Part shown: piece after piece, positions 13,801-27,056 of the stretch | How the letters are laid out: every line of letters begins with the position of its first letter | Position numbering within the stretch: position 1 is the stretch's first letter | From: Lama guanicoe | Lineage: Eukaryota | Assembly: GCA_013239625.1 (NCBI GenBank) | Contig: MU053561.1 | Location: 5,506,439 to 5,570,438 of the forward strand | Direction of reading: 5' to 3' | Length of the DNA stretch: 64,000 bases | Made by a program: the position numbers and the translations under genes | The notes under the pieces: generated by a model | What the model saw: the letters and a program-made list of their open reading frames with translations, nothing else | The model's database searches: none | Told to the model about the DNA's origin: nothing

Positions 13801-16800
13801 GTAAACAGTGATTCCACTGACCATGACAGAAAACACAGGAAGAATTGTAAATGGGGATAAGGGTGGAGATTAGCTTGAGGTTAGCAGACATAATTCGTAA
13901 CAGAGAATGGTGAATACTACAATAGGTTTTGTGAAAGTAAACTAAATGAAATATAACTAAAGATTTCTAGCTGTGAAAGGCTAGAGTACCATACCACAGG
14001 ATTTGAATTGAATAATAAATTCACTGTCTCTTAAATACGGAGTTTAGAGCTCATTATACAGATTTACTATATACTTTCTAGTATATTTTATTATATACTT
14101 TTAGATTTACCTTTACTTTCTAAATGAGGAAACTATGACAGAATGAAGAACCATCTCAAAACTCACACAACCCATTGAAATACATAGCATGAGCTCACTA
14201 ATAAGTTAAAGGCTATTCATAGTCTTCATTTGCTTAACAAAACTGTATCCTTATATAACTTCCCTCTACCACCATCCTTAAGACAATGAAAAATCTGAAG
14301 TAGATGGATAAAAATTGAGAAGATTTAATGTAATCTAGTGGTGATGGTTATAATGATAATGGTTATAAGGTTTTCAGCAAATATTACTAAAACCCTTGCT
14401 TGAAAAAATAAACAACTACAGAATGTCATGAAAACTTAAGTGCCTTCTGTGTGCTGCCTCTTTTACTGATGATATGACAGATTTTAAGTATAAATTTTTG
14501 CCTTTAATAACAATTTTAAAATTATATTTTTAATCAAGTAAATATATTTCCTAAAATTTGTTACAGAAATTCAATTAACATTTGTTTCCTTCATTTTGAG
14601 AAATATAATTACAGAGACAGTAATAGTTACAAGAAGCCTCCCTTCTATAGTCCTCTGTAAGACTCCAGCAGTTCACAAAGATACTGTATGAATTAATGAA
14701 TGGAGTATCTAGAAGGCCATGAGGTAAGTCTCTAAATGCCAATAATGACCACTACTTTTCCTCTCGCTCTTTCCTTTTCCTTTGTATAATTTTCTCTTTT
14801 CACTGCATGCAGCCCTCCCTCTCTGTCCACTTTCTACTTAAGCTTCATATGGTACTGCCAGATTGGTGCTCAAATGAAAGAGAGCTTCTCGGTACTCACC
14901 AAGGAAGATGGTATATTATGTGCATAAAACATTTTCAACCCTAATCAAAAGAGTTATATAGGCAAAAATAAGACCGGCCAATGAATCAAAATTTTTGTAG
15001 GCATCATAACCAGAACATCATAAATTATGCGGGATGACAAGGCCCTCATAATCCTAGGTTTCAGCTTAAAAGTAAGTTACATATAAAGAAACCTGAACAC
15101 TCCAGTCAAAGAATCTCTTTCCTGACCCATATTATAATAAGAATGTCTATCTTCATTTAGTGTGTTTTCAATTTATTGCAGACTATTAATATAGAAATAT
15201 GAATACCAAATCTTAGCAATTTTATGATGTCTAATTTAATCATACCCACACATTAAGAAATGTTTAATTATACTTTTCATTTTCAGGCAAATTATATTGG
15301 CCTCGATTTCTGTAAAGTTTTAAGGTATTTCATTATATCTCTAAGAAAATCCCATGTGTGGTTTGCAACATCTCTAAGCACTGAGGAAGAAAATTGCTGA
15401 ACCAAAAGAAACTAATTACAAAGAGCTGATGTATATATAGAAATAATCTACGGATGTAAAATTTTCAATTTTTGGTCCTTTAAAAGAAATTGGAATGGAA
15501 GATTATTTTAACTACTGAAGGGTGAACTTTTAGCCTAAATAAGCCACCTAAAATAGTTTACCATCTACTCAATCAAAGAGGAAAGATCTGAAGCATGAGA
15601 AAGCCCTACGTCTTCTTACAGACGACCATGATGATGATAAAGGTCAATAGCAGTATACTTTGTAGTGAAATGGTCAGACACTTCAACTGGGCAAAGAAGC
15701 ATTCAATAGAACATTTTTAAATAATTAATAGATTTGACCTAAAAGAACTTAAAAAAAATCTGTTTCATAACAGACAAATAGAAGTGCTAACATAAAAGGA
15801 TTTAGATTTATATACACCAAATAGAATTTAATTTACTGAAATACTTTTCACTGATTGAAATACCAAGACATGTAATGCTAGTATTTGAGAATGACGATTC
15901 TAATGGCTTAAACAACTTTTTTGGACGTGACCTTGGTATGGCTTACCCACAACAAAATCAAGTTTTCAGCAACACAGATGGTAGACTAGACACTGCCAAT
16001 CTTTTAAGCTTAGAAAATGCTTTTAATTTTTTTCATTTCCCCATGCTGTGTTTACTGCTTTACATATGTCTCTGACTGCCAAAGAATTGTTAACTAATCG
16101 GCATGAGATTCATTTTGTTAGTACACAGCTGGGTACTTTAGTCATACAACATCTGCTTCCCAACATATCTTCGCTCTTCTTTTCATCTACTTCAAAATCT
16201 TTTGTAAAAGCTGTCACAGTAAAGCATATATGCCTCTCAATAATTGGAATCCAAACTTGATAATCATCATTATGTTTATTATTGTACTAAATTATCAGTG
16301 GCTTCTGAATAACTGAAAACCATCCAGCGAATCTAAGTTCTAGAAAATGTGGCATTAACATCGATTGGTAAAACAACATAGTTGAGCCAAAGAATGAAAC
16401 TCAGTAAGAGCCATGTAATAATCAGATATTATTCTTTATATAAATATCTCTAAGCTCTGAGTGAAGACTTAATGGAAAAATAACTGAAGCTTCAAAATAT
16501 AAATATTAAAATGAAAAAATGCATGAAGTGCCCGCAGGAAAGAACATACTTCATTCTGCAGCCAAGACTCAGATTTTCTATATACTTTTTATTATAGAGA
16601 ATAATTAAGGATATGATAGAGAATAATTAACCGGTCTGTGAATTATCTACGTCCTTAGCTTCTCCTGCTTTTTCACCCTGGATGCGTGTTAATTCAGCAT
16701 GCTACCAAGATACAGAAAGGTGAAACCCAAACTTTAATTCATGATGTATATTCTATTCCAAATGTTTTTCTTAAAATCGGTTGGAAGTCATAAAATATTT

Positions 16801-17599
16801 CCCTATTGGAATAATGTATCTCATTCCTCAAAAGCCAAAATGTAACTGAACTAGAGAACCAATAATAGTGTACAACCCTAACATTCTTCATAGCACTGTT
16901 TATATAGCAAAATTCATTCCAGAATCCAAATGAGCATTTGAGAATCCTCCTAACCACTGGCAAAGTAGCAAAAGCGCCACAGTTCAGTTTCTCTAGTCTT
17001 CCCAATTGGCCAAAAATCAACAGAGTGAGCAGGTGGAAGGAGGTGTAATAATTATGAAAGATTTGCAACAGGAAGCTGGGTGGTAGGAGGAAGAAGTACA
17101 GAAGTTCCCACTGTTCTCTCTGCATCAGATGCAGGTGGCAGGGAAAATCCCAAATGTGAGATACTAGCGGAGAAGTAGTGACTTTAAGAATACTATGAAC
17201 TTCAGGTGGTTGAAGCCAAAACTTTTGGTCTCTCTGAAAAAAAAAAAAAAAAGCAGCAGCCATCAGACTATCAGAGGGACTCCAGTGACGTCATGTGGTT
17301 TTGTTGTCTATCTGGTGGTGGTGGGTATCCATCTGGTTTTTGTTGTTTGATGTGTTGGCTGGGGGATGAAGAGGTAGTCGGAAGCAGCAGCAATTTTTTC
17401 TAAGCATTCGTAAGTCAGTAAGATAAGAAAATGACTGAAAATGCTACTTTTGCAAAATATTAGCATCTAAATAATGATATAATAGGGATATGGCTAATCT
17501 ACTCTTAGCCTTTACTTGATATGGATTAAAACAATAGACAATGCTTACTTGTGAGCTGCTTCAAACTAATGAAGTGGTAAGCTTACTTGGTGACAGTTT

Positions 17600-18010
17600 T
17601 CAGGACCATGTCATCACACAGCAGGAGCAGCAACACCACAATCACTGTGGAAGACACTTCTCTAATTTTACATGAGGGAGCAATTTCCTCATCCCCGGAA
17701 GAGGAGTGACTGCTGGTCTAATCACAGCTACCCCATCCTCCATCTTCCCAGTCTCTCACATAGCTTGGATAGCAGCAAGACTATGATTAGGAGAGTGGGT
17801 AAGCTATTACCGTAGCCCATGCCTTCTTACTTTCTCCAGCTTTTGATATGATATCGGAGACTTCAGAGATACCCTGTGACTGCAACAAAGACTAGAAATT
17901 TAAGTCACTGAAGACTATCTCTAGGCCTTTTATTATGTGAAGCCACTTAAAATCTTTTTTTGTTTAAGCCTTTGCTAGTCACTCTTTCTTCTGCTTGTAG
18001 CTGTAGATCT
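17600..18010 (+). mobile_element. Old MaLR/ERVL-type LTR fragment
   Basis: TCTTCCCAGTCTCTC...TTATTATGTGAAG...TTTGTTTAAGCC...TGCTTGTAGCTG resembles an MLT1/LTR16 3' end. Confidence 0.45.
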
Positions 18011-18019
18011 TATCTTAAA

Positions 18020-18210
18020 CTACTTGGCCAGGACTACACAAAACCATCCTCACATGTTATTTAATTCTCGCAGCAATCCTCTGAAGTAGGTAATGTTATA
18101 GGTCATATTTTTAAAAGAGGGAAACAGATTTATAAAGATGATGAAATTTGCCAACAGTTGGTTAAATGGCAAACTAGAATTCAACTGTCTGACATCCACG
18201 TCCATGTATT
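18020..18210 (-). mobile_element. MIR SINE
   Basis: TTTAATTCTCGCAGCAATCCTCTGAAGTAGGTAATG...GAGGGAAACAG...AAATGGCAAACTAGAATTCAAC. Confidence 0.65.
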
Positions 18211-18264
18211 TTTACACTACAATAAACTACTGCCCAGCACCAACGATTACACTTGTATGGTTGA

Positions 18265-18435
18265 GGAAGCAGCGTGGCAATGAAATAACCAAAGACTAGG
18301 GAGTCAAACCAGGCCTGGGTCATATCCTGGCTCCACCACTTAATAACTGTATGATTGGGCAAATTAACTTCAGTTCTCTGAACTATAAAATCAAAATACT
18401 AGTAAGTTCTTGCAAAATCATTGTGGCAATTGAAT
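18265..18435 (+). mobile_element. MIR SINE
   Basis: GGAAGCAGCGTGGC...GGAGTCAAACCAGGCCTGGGTCATATCCTGGCTCCACCACTTAATAACTGTATGATTGGGCAAATTAACTT. Confidence 0.75.
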
Positions 18436-18499
18436 TCATTCAATTCAGTCCCATGAATGAAGAGAGAGGAAGGAGTCAGTTTGTGCCACCCTACAATGC

Positions 18500-18860
18500 A
18501 GTGTAGTCATCTCCGAGGCTTACCCAGGATGCTGTGAAAGCACAGACACAAGGAAGTGTCATGAACTGACTCCAGGAAATCATCTGTGAACAAGCTGAAG
18601 GGAGCTTGCCAGCTGATGAGAGAGGGAGGGGGCAACAGAAGAAGAACATACTAAGCAGAGGGAACAGTATGTGCAAAGGCACGGAGGGAAGAGAAAATAA
18701 GGTAGATTTCAGGAACTATAAGTAATTCAGCACAGCTGGGGCCAATAATGAGGAAGTGACAAGAGAAAGGGCTGGAGAGTTCGACAAGGAACAGGTCATA
18801 AATGTCCTTAATACAGAAAAGAATGGTTGCCAGTGAGGGCTGAGGGAACTGACTGGAGAA
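18500..18860 (-). mobile_element. L2 fragment
   Basis: AAGCAGAGGGAACAGTATGTGCAAAGGCACGGAGG...TTCAGGAACTATAAGTAATTCAGCACAGCTGG. Confidence 0.7.
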
Positions 18861-21800
18861 GAACTGAAAAACGACAACAACAACAAAAAAAACGCAGCTA
18901 GTACACAAATTTTAAAATTAAGGTTACAAGCCTCTGAGCTTCTAAACTATTAACTATAGTGCTCCAAATACAAGAAGAAAAAAGATTAATTTTATGTTTG
19001 AGGACTGAAAGAGTAACTGAGTATATGCAGTTTAATGTATTACTCAATACATACAAAGGTGGTAGAGAAATATTCCTGCCAGAGGCAAACACAGTTAAAT
19101 AATAAATAAGCTAATGAAAATCAAGTAATCCTTTAGTTCTACCTTCTGTCCCTTTCTGTTACCTGGGTAGGGGTGGGAGGGGACTAAGAAACACAAATTA
19201 ATTACAAGACAATGAGATGGGCAAGAAAGAAAAAGGAGGAAAGCAAGGATCTAGAAAAATCAAACTACTGAATTACTTATGAATGACGGACACAGTAATC
19301 AATCTAAAAGATAACATGCACTTGCTCTGATTCCAAATTTACTGTTCTTATTAAACATTAATAGACAAGGACAAGTTTAATTCTAAGCCTAAGAGGGAAG
19401 GGGGAAAAGAAAAGATTAAAAAAGAAATGTTAAAATTTACACAAAACTAATATTAAACAATAGTTACATAAAAACCAGGCTAAGCATGGGAACGGAGAGG
19501 AAAATCAAAGAAATAAGATTTTTGAGAGTGTTACTTCTAATTACCTCACTTTAAGACAGCCTTAAAATATCTGGTATAATATTGACTTTATTCTATTAAT
19601 GTCATGTTCAAATAACTCTGTAGATGCATATGCAATAATAGTTGGACTATCTCAGGAGAAGAAGGACCCATGCACTTTTCTTTACATATACAGTATAATA
19701 CAGACAGACATGCATTTATACGTGCCCAAGCCATTTAACTCGGAGAGTACAGACTGAATAAGACATAGGATGTAAGTCATCTAGTCAAAGTAAATAAACA
19801 GAATAATACATAATTACTGCCTTTGAAGGAATAGTTTTGAGTGTAGGAACTCCTGCAGCACAAAATGGAAATGGACCTTTAAATGACTTTGTTTAGACTG
19901 CTTTTTCAATAAAATTTTCCAAAATATTAGAATCTTAAGACTGATCTTGCTTTAATATAACTTGTACAACTACCATTCCATTCCCAGAGATTTTCAACAA
20001 TACAAAAAAAAGTGATGTTTGTTTACTAAAGTAAGGGAGTACCACAGGGGAAGGAGTACCATTTCACTTTCCCTATCAAACTATTAATATTACCCAGATT
20101 AATGATTAAATAATACCCTTTCCACTTTAACTAAATTAACCCCCTAAAATAGCTTAGCTTTCAATTTTTGAATACTTTAAACCTCCCTGCTGATCTACAG
20201 ATTAATTTACTAGTTTGTAAACAAACACACAGAATAAAAATCACATAGGCTTGTGAATATATGAGCTGCTGTATAGCTTTTTCACCATTCTTATAAACCA
20301 AATGGCCATCAGAGAAATCTTCTGCTTTTATCTCACTAATGTCTTTATGTCTTTATTTGGCCTCCTACATGTAACAAAATATAACAGAGAAGGCAATTAC
20401 GTGATTTCATACATATAAAAGCATATGTCTTACACAATGCAATGGAACTATAAAGAGGTTAATGAGAGGAAAATGACTCTTTTTCAGCCTTTTCTGATCA
20501 AACTATAATTTCTCTAAATCTGCAATCAAAATAATTTATATTATTCTATAATAATTCTGATAATTATACATCATTTTGAACAGCTCAGAAAGCTGATGAA
20601 CTGACATTAGCTTTCATAAGATGCATATGTTTATATGCATATTTTCAACAATCATTATTTCCAAACATTTAATTGAATCCTCACAAACTCACTGCAACAA
20701 ATATGACATTTAAAAATTTACAGTAATAACTGTTATTAGCATTTCTAAAAATTCTTCACTTACGAAAGACTTATGGCCTTATGCTTTCAATCCAAAATAT
20801 TATATCAGAATATCTTTTGCTAGATTTTACAGAATAGTCAAGTAGGATGCTAGAACAGGTTAAAATCCCATGAAGTTCTTTTTTGCACTCCCTTTTCCAG
20901 CAGATGTTTATATTCTAGCCCTTTATAATATTCCAAATTTTAAACATGAAAATAAAGACCTCCCTTCACACATCATCTATGTTTAATTCTTCTTTGTATC
21001 TTTGTATCTTGCTAAGTGACTGACATATAATAAGTACTCAAAAAATGTTTATTATATGGATGAATGACTGAACCAAGAAAGAAAGAATAAATAAATATCT
21101 AATAACACCCTAAAAAGAATCACACTATTAATTCTTTTAAGGTAATGAATCCCTTCTCTAAAGTGGCCTTTAATTTAATTTCTGGAGGCATTAATTTATA
21201 AAATTTGTATGCACATTTTCAAAATGCTTCAAATAGGTTGGCAATTATGAAACAGAGACACTGCCAAATTTACATATTAATATTTTTAACAGTAAAATGG
21301 GGAAGGAAGAGAAAAAGCAAGTATCATTGTGTTTCATAATGAAAAAGAGTTATTATAATTATTATACTAAAGGTCAAGAATTTATTTAGCCATTTAAAAG
21401 TCAGTCAAGAATAATCACCTTGGGTAAAATTCAATGAAACAGAAAACCAAAGAGGCTATTACCATGAACAAATGCTTATAACTGCCCATTATGTATTTGG
21501 TGCTATACCAAACACTAAAATCTAATTTTCCTTGAGGAAAAATAATTCAGAACCTCACACTTCTATTCTAAAATGTGTAAGACATACTGTCCTTGGAGAT
21601 TGAGTATCAAGAATTTTAAAAATGAATAACTGAAACTGAACTACTAACAAAAATAGTATATGAATTTCAACATAAAGATTTAGTACATTTAGTTTTCAAA
21701 ACACAGATTGCATAACAGCTAAAGATGAAACTATAAAAATCAAAAGTGATCCAGTAAATGCCTTAATGATAAAATTTCAGAAGAATAAAACATGTAAGAG

Positions 21801-21919
21801 GAGATTTATAGATGAAAAATGCTTTGGGGACAAAATGAAACAACAAAACGTTAATATACTAATTTTGCTAAAAAGCAGTACTATGAAAAATACTACCTAT
21901 ATTGTTCCACAAATGCAAG

Positions 21920-22000
21920 AACTTTCTTGTCTATTTTCTTCTAGCACTTGGCACAGTGCCTGACACACAGTAGGTATACAATAAATATTCGTTGAATGAA
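21920..22000 (+). mobile_element. L2 3' terminus
   Basis: CTTGGCACAGTGCCTGACACACAGTAGGTATACAATAAATATTCGTTGAATGAA. Confidence 0.75.
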
Positions 22001-22414
22001 AATGGAAATGTATCAACAAGACACCAAACCTCATCCTCAAACTCCTTACCAAGGAAGGAGATATGAAATTACTAACCGCAATTCTGCATGAACCAGGGCT
22101 ATAACAGAGCATGTCAGTAAACACAGAGAAATATAGCACACTGACAGGAAATGCCTCCCAGAGGTGAGCAGACTTGAAGAGTGGGGTTAACCAAGCAAAT
22201 GAGAGAAGAAAGTCACACTATTCTTTCATTCCATAAACATTTATAAAGCATGACTGCAAGTACAGGGAAGTGAGAAATCACAGAGTATTCAGGGCCATGC
22301 AACTAGGGCAGTATGGCTGAATTAACGGGCAGATTTGGGGATATGACAAGACATGAGAATTTACTGCTGTTGATAGAATGTACAGTCCACAACAGCAAGG
22401 AGCTTTCTGTCTGT

Positions 22415-23115
22415 TTTTCCACTGCTTGTGGCAAACAGCAAAAATGGCCACAGTTTGTCTTCTTTTATCCACGCCTCTTGAAATGTGATTTTATAGTGCC
22501 TCCCATTAAAAAACGGAGTCATTTGTTTCATCTGTTGGATTTCAGATGGCTTTGGGATTTGCTTTTGCCAACAGAATGTAGCAGAAACAAGTTGTGCTAG
22601 TTACAAATGTAAGCCTTGAAAGTCTTGTATGCTTCCACTCTGTTTGGGAACCCCGTTGCTGCCATGCGAAAAGCCCAGTCTAGCCCATTCAGTTATGAGA
22701 GATGCAGCCCAGTCAACTTCCATTGCCTTAGACCAGGGATCAGCAAACTTTTTCTCTAAAGGGACAGATGGTAAAAACTTCAGGCTTTGAGAGCCATATA
22801 TGATCTCTATCCCATATTTTTCTTTGACTTTTTATTTTATAACCATTCCAAAATATAAAAACCATTCTTAGCTTAGGGACCATACAAAACTAGAGCCATA
22901 GCTATCTAACTCCTGCATTAGATGATGGCCAACCAACCTTCAGAAGCAATACTGCCTAGCTGACTGCAAATGCACGGCCAAGCCCAGAGAAGACCAAACA
23001 AATCGCACAATGAGCCCAGTACAAAGTCAACCCGCACAATCACCACCTAAATAAGTGGCTGCTTTTTGCCACTATGTTTTAGAGTGGTGAGTTAATCATC
23101 AAAAGCTGACAGATA
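22415..23115 (+). mobile_element. MLT1-family (MaLR) solo LTR interrupted by a MER58-like element
   Basis: AAATGGCCACAG...TGGGATTTGCTTTTGCCAACAGAATGTAGCAGAA...GCCACTATGTTTTAGAGTGG...AAAAGCTGACAGATA. Confidence 0.75.
22734..22915. mobile_element. MER58-like hAT-Charlie MITE
   Basis: CAGGGATCAGCAAACTTTTTCTCTAAAGGGACAGATGGTAAAA...AACTCCTG; degenerate 8-bp TSD CCTTAGAC / CATTAGAT. Confidence 0.8.
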
Positions 23116-23469
23116 TACTACTCTACCTCTAGTGCCTAGAATAGAGCATGTCACTTAGTAGACACTCACTAAATACTCAGTGAATAAAATAATGACCAGG
23201 AAGACTCGCAGGAATCAGAATATGACATTTTATGCCAGAGTTTGCAAATTGAAAGGTGCACATGGGCCAGGCCAGTAAATTAATTGAGTAAAGCAATCAG
23301 TATAGTGAATAGATCTGGAAATGGTGGAAGGGAATCCACATCAGGAGACTAAGAAAATATCTGAGAGGCTACTGACATTCCAGACAAGGACAAAGCAGTG
23401 GGAGAATCAACAGAAAACAAAGAGAAAACTCAAGAATTTCTGAGGCAGAATGAAAAGATTTTAGGCAGA

Positions 23470-25010
23470 GACTATCATATTGGATAAAAATCAATGTTTA
23501 ACTATATATTGTCTGCAAGTGACATGCTTTAGATTAAAAATATATCCTTTTTAATAAATGGTATGGGGGAATTTGATATCCATAAAAATTAACACAAAAA
23601 TTAACTCAAAAGGGATCACAAATCTAAATGTAAGAACTAAATTATAAATCTCCTAGAAGAAAATATAGGAGTAAATCTTTGTGATCTTGAGTTAGACAGT
23701 GATTTCTTAACTATGACACCAAAAGCATGAGATGAAAAAAACTGATAAACTGAACTTAATAAAAATTAAAATTTTTGTGCTTTAAAAAAAGACAGCATTC
23801 CAGAAAGCAAGAAGGCAGACTAGGCAATCCACAGAGACAGAAAGAAGAAAAGCAGCTTCGAGAAGCTAGATGGAGTGAGGAATCGGGAGTGACTGCTGAT
23901 GGATATTAGCTTTCTTTCTGGGGTGATGAAAATATTCTAGAATTACACAGTGGTGATGACTGCACAACCTTGAAAATATACCCAAAACTACTGAATTGTG
24001 CACATTAAAGAGGTGAACATTATGGTGTATGAATTATATCTCAAGTCCTCAAAAAAGGAGAAAGTGAAAAAACCACCCACAGACTGGGAGAAAGTATTCG
24101 CAAATCATATCTGGTACGAAATTTACATCCAGAATATACAGAACTCCAATAAAAAGACAATTAACTCAACTTCCAGATGGGCAAAGGAAGACATACAAAT
24201 GGCTAATGAGCATGTGAAAAGATGTTCAACATCATCAGTCATATCAAAACATATCAAATACAAATCAAAACCAAATGAAATACCATTTTTCACCCACCAC
24301 AATGGCTATAATCGAAAAGGTCATATCAAGTATCAGGAAGAGTACAACCTTTGTATGTTGCTGGTGGGAACATCAAATTGGCACAGCCACTTTGGAAATC
24401 AGTTTGGCACTTTCTTTAAAAACTTAAACACAGATTTACCATATGACTCAGTGAGTCTACTCTCAGGTTATCTACCCAAGAAAAATGAAAATATATGTCC
24501 ACACAAGGGCCCGCCCACAAGTGTTCACAGTAGTATTACAACAATCAAAAACCAGAAACATCCCAAATGCTCATGAAGTGGTGACTGGATTAGAAAAATC
24601 TGACATACCCATACAATGGACTCCTACCCAGCAATGAAAAGGAACAGAGGGCTGATAACAAGCTACAACATGAATGAACCTCAAAAACAGTATGTTCAGT
24701 GAAAGAAGCCAGACAGAAAAACAAACAAACAAACATGTATTGTATTATTTCATTTACAGGAAATATTTTTTTAAAAACAGGCAAATACAGAGACAAAAAG
24801 TAGATTAATGGTTGCCTCGGACTGAGGGTAGGAATGGGGAGTGGCTGTAAATGGGTATGATATTTTTCTCCAAGGTGGTGGAAATGTTAAAATTAGACTG
24901 TGGTGATGGTTATATAATTTTATAAATATACTAAAATTCACTGAATTATACCCTTAAAACAGGTAAATTTTGTGGTATATAAATCATACCTCAACAAAGC
25001 TGTTTTTTAA
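23470..25010 (+). mobile_element. Old L1 (L1MB/ME-like) ORF2 end and 3' UTR, with a second L1 3' end nested at about 23790-24055
   Basis: ORF 23998-24576 contains TDWEKVFANHI and [17 protein letters not shown]; 3' UTR motifs (GACAGAAAG...GGGGTGATGAAAATATTCTAG...GAATTATATCTCAA) occur twice. Confidence 0.85.
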
Positions 25011-26450
25011 AAAAATCAGCAGTATTTGGCAACTGATTAGCTGTGCTAAATAAAAAAGCAAGTGGGAAAAACAGTAAACAAACAAAACAAAAAACAACAA
25101 CCAAAAAAAAAGGCCTAGATTTTTGGCTTTAATAATGATGTGGATGGGATTACCCTTTACTAAAGGCAAGGTGGAAAGGAGAAGGGGTAGGTTTATTGTG
25201 AGAAAATACTGAGTTTGGTTTGGGGTATACTAAATATTACATATTGCTATAAAGACATCCACCTGAAGATGTCCTAAAAAGCACTGTGAAAACACAGATT
25301 TAAGATCCATTCACTCAACAAATGTGAACTGAATGACCACAATGTACCAGGAACCATATTTGGCCCAGGAAATGAAGTAGTTGACCAGAAAGATCCAGTC
25401 CCTGCTTTCATGAAGCTCATAGTTGGTGGTGATAAAAATTTTAAAGAAGACTCCTTGGATATATTATTATACAACTGACAAGCATCAACAAAGAAGTGTC
25501 AATTTAGCCACTGGTGTGACTGAGACCACCAAGAAAAAATGAAGAGTACAGAGAGGCGAAAGAGGGCCAAGGCTTTGAACAGAGATCTATATGACTGTAC
25601 ATATAGAAGTGGGGCCACGAGGAAAATAGACAACTAGCCAGAGAGTTAAGAGGAAATAACTACATCTGAAGGAGGAGGAAGTTCAAGAAGAGGTAGTGAG
25701 AGTCAAAAGTGTAACACATCAACAAGATGAAGGAGGAACAAATGCATTTGAATGGATTTGAGTTAGCACTTCACTTATTCAACAAATATTTTTGGAGCAC
25801 CTATTATGCACCAGGTGCTCTGGCTTTGATTCTGAGAAAAAAAAAGGCAGGAGTCACTACAGAGCTCTGAAGAGAGGCAGATATAATTTAACATTTTAAA
25901 AGGTCACTCAGGGTGCTGTGATTAGAAGATTAAGGACACAAGGGCAGAAGCTGGGAGGCCAGTTAGGAGGCTCTCGCAGTAAAGTGAACAAGAGATGATG
26001 ATGACAGCAGTGGAAAGAGTAATAAAAGGTCAGATTCTGAATAAATTGTAAAAGTAGAGCCAACAGAACTTCCTGATGAATTGCATGTGAGGTCTGAGAG
26101 AAACAAGTTAAGTTACACAAGACTGTAAGGTTTTGGCCTTGACAACAGGAATTGCCATCAAATGAATGATGATGGCTGCAAATGGAGAGGGTTGGGGGGA
26201 AAGCAGAAATCAGGAGTTCATTTGTAGACATATCAAGTTTGAAAGTCTATTAGAGATCTGAGTGGAGATGTCTGATAATCACGTGGCTAGATGAGTGTGG
26301 AGCTCAGGAGAGAGGTGTGGTATGGACATTAAGAAGCCAGGAGAAAGAAACCAGCAAAGAGTAAAAGGAACAATAAATATGAAGAAAGAAAACCAAGAGA
26401 AGTGATATTACCAAAATCAAGAGAAGAAAACATCAGCACAGAAGAGCATT
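25010..26450 (-). mobile_element. Cluster of L2 fragments
   Basis: CATTCACTCAACAAATGTGAACTGAATGACC...; CAACAAATATTTTTGGAGCACCTATTATGCACCAGG; AGGCCAGTTAGGAGGCT...AAATCAGGAGTTCATTTGTAGACAT. Confidence 0.75.
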
Positions 26451-26454
26451 CTGC

Positions 26455-26630
26455 GATACCTGGGGTTCTTAACTGGAGGTGATTTTGTCCCTAAAGGGAT
26501 ATCTGGCAACATCTGGCAGACATTTTTGATAGTCATGACTCATGGAGGTAGGATGTGCTACCAGTACCTCGCTGGGAGAGGCCAGGCATAATGCTGAATA
26601 TTCTTTATTGCATAAGAAATCCTCTAACTC
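26455..26630. mobile_element. MER20 hAT MITE
   Basis: GGTTCTTAACTGGAGGTGATTTTGTCCCTAAAGGGATATCTGGCAACATCTGGCAGACATTTTTGATAGTCATGAC...GAGAGGCCAGGCATAATGCT. Confidence 0.75.
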
Positions 26631-26649
26631 CTCCCCTGCAGTCCCTTCA

Positions 26650-27056
26650 CCCCCCAGGGCTGAAATTCTCTTTGGAGACTGTGCACCTCTAGCCCCCTGG
26701 ATGACAGAAGTGCCGCAGGTTTCTATTGGCAAGCAAGAAATCACCTGCTGGGTGCAAGGCCCCTGTGGGGTGATGCTGAGGCTCACTAGGAGGTCAGTTT
26801 CACTGCTGCTGCTGCCCCACCCCAACCCCACATAGGCTGAGTGCCAAAGAGCATGAAGGAGGAAATTATCCTGGAACCAGGAAGAAAAGTTCCTTCATCC
26901 TGCTGTGTTCCCTCCAGCAACCCTCTACTGACAGCTATATACTGACAATATGCCAGTTGGCAAAGGAGAAATGTTTCAGGGTACAGTTCCAGGATTACAA
27001 ACCAGTGCAATGAAGATGGATTTGGACTTGGAGGCAATACATTGACAACTGGCACA
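26650..27056 (-). mobile_element. Ancient LTR, probably mammalian Gypsy-class (MamGypLTR/LTR8x-like)
   Basis: CCCTCTACTGACAG...TGCCAGTTGGCAAAGGAGAAATGTTT...TGGATTTGGACTTGGAGGCAATACATTGACAACTGGCACA; starts TGTGCC on the minus strand. Confidence 0.55.

Noticed and set aside
18020..18435. Head-to-head MIR pair as a potential dsRNA hairpin
   Set aside because: Copies look too diverged for extended pairing, and MIR density makes adjacency unremarkable
23998..24576. 192-aa plus-strand ORF
   Set aside because: Chance open frame through a decayed L1 ORF2 C-terminus
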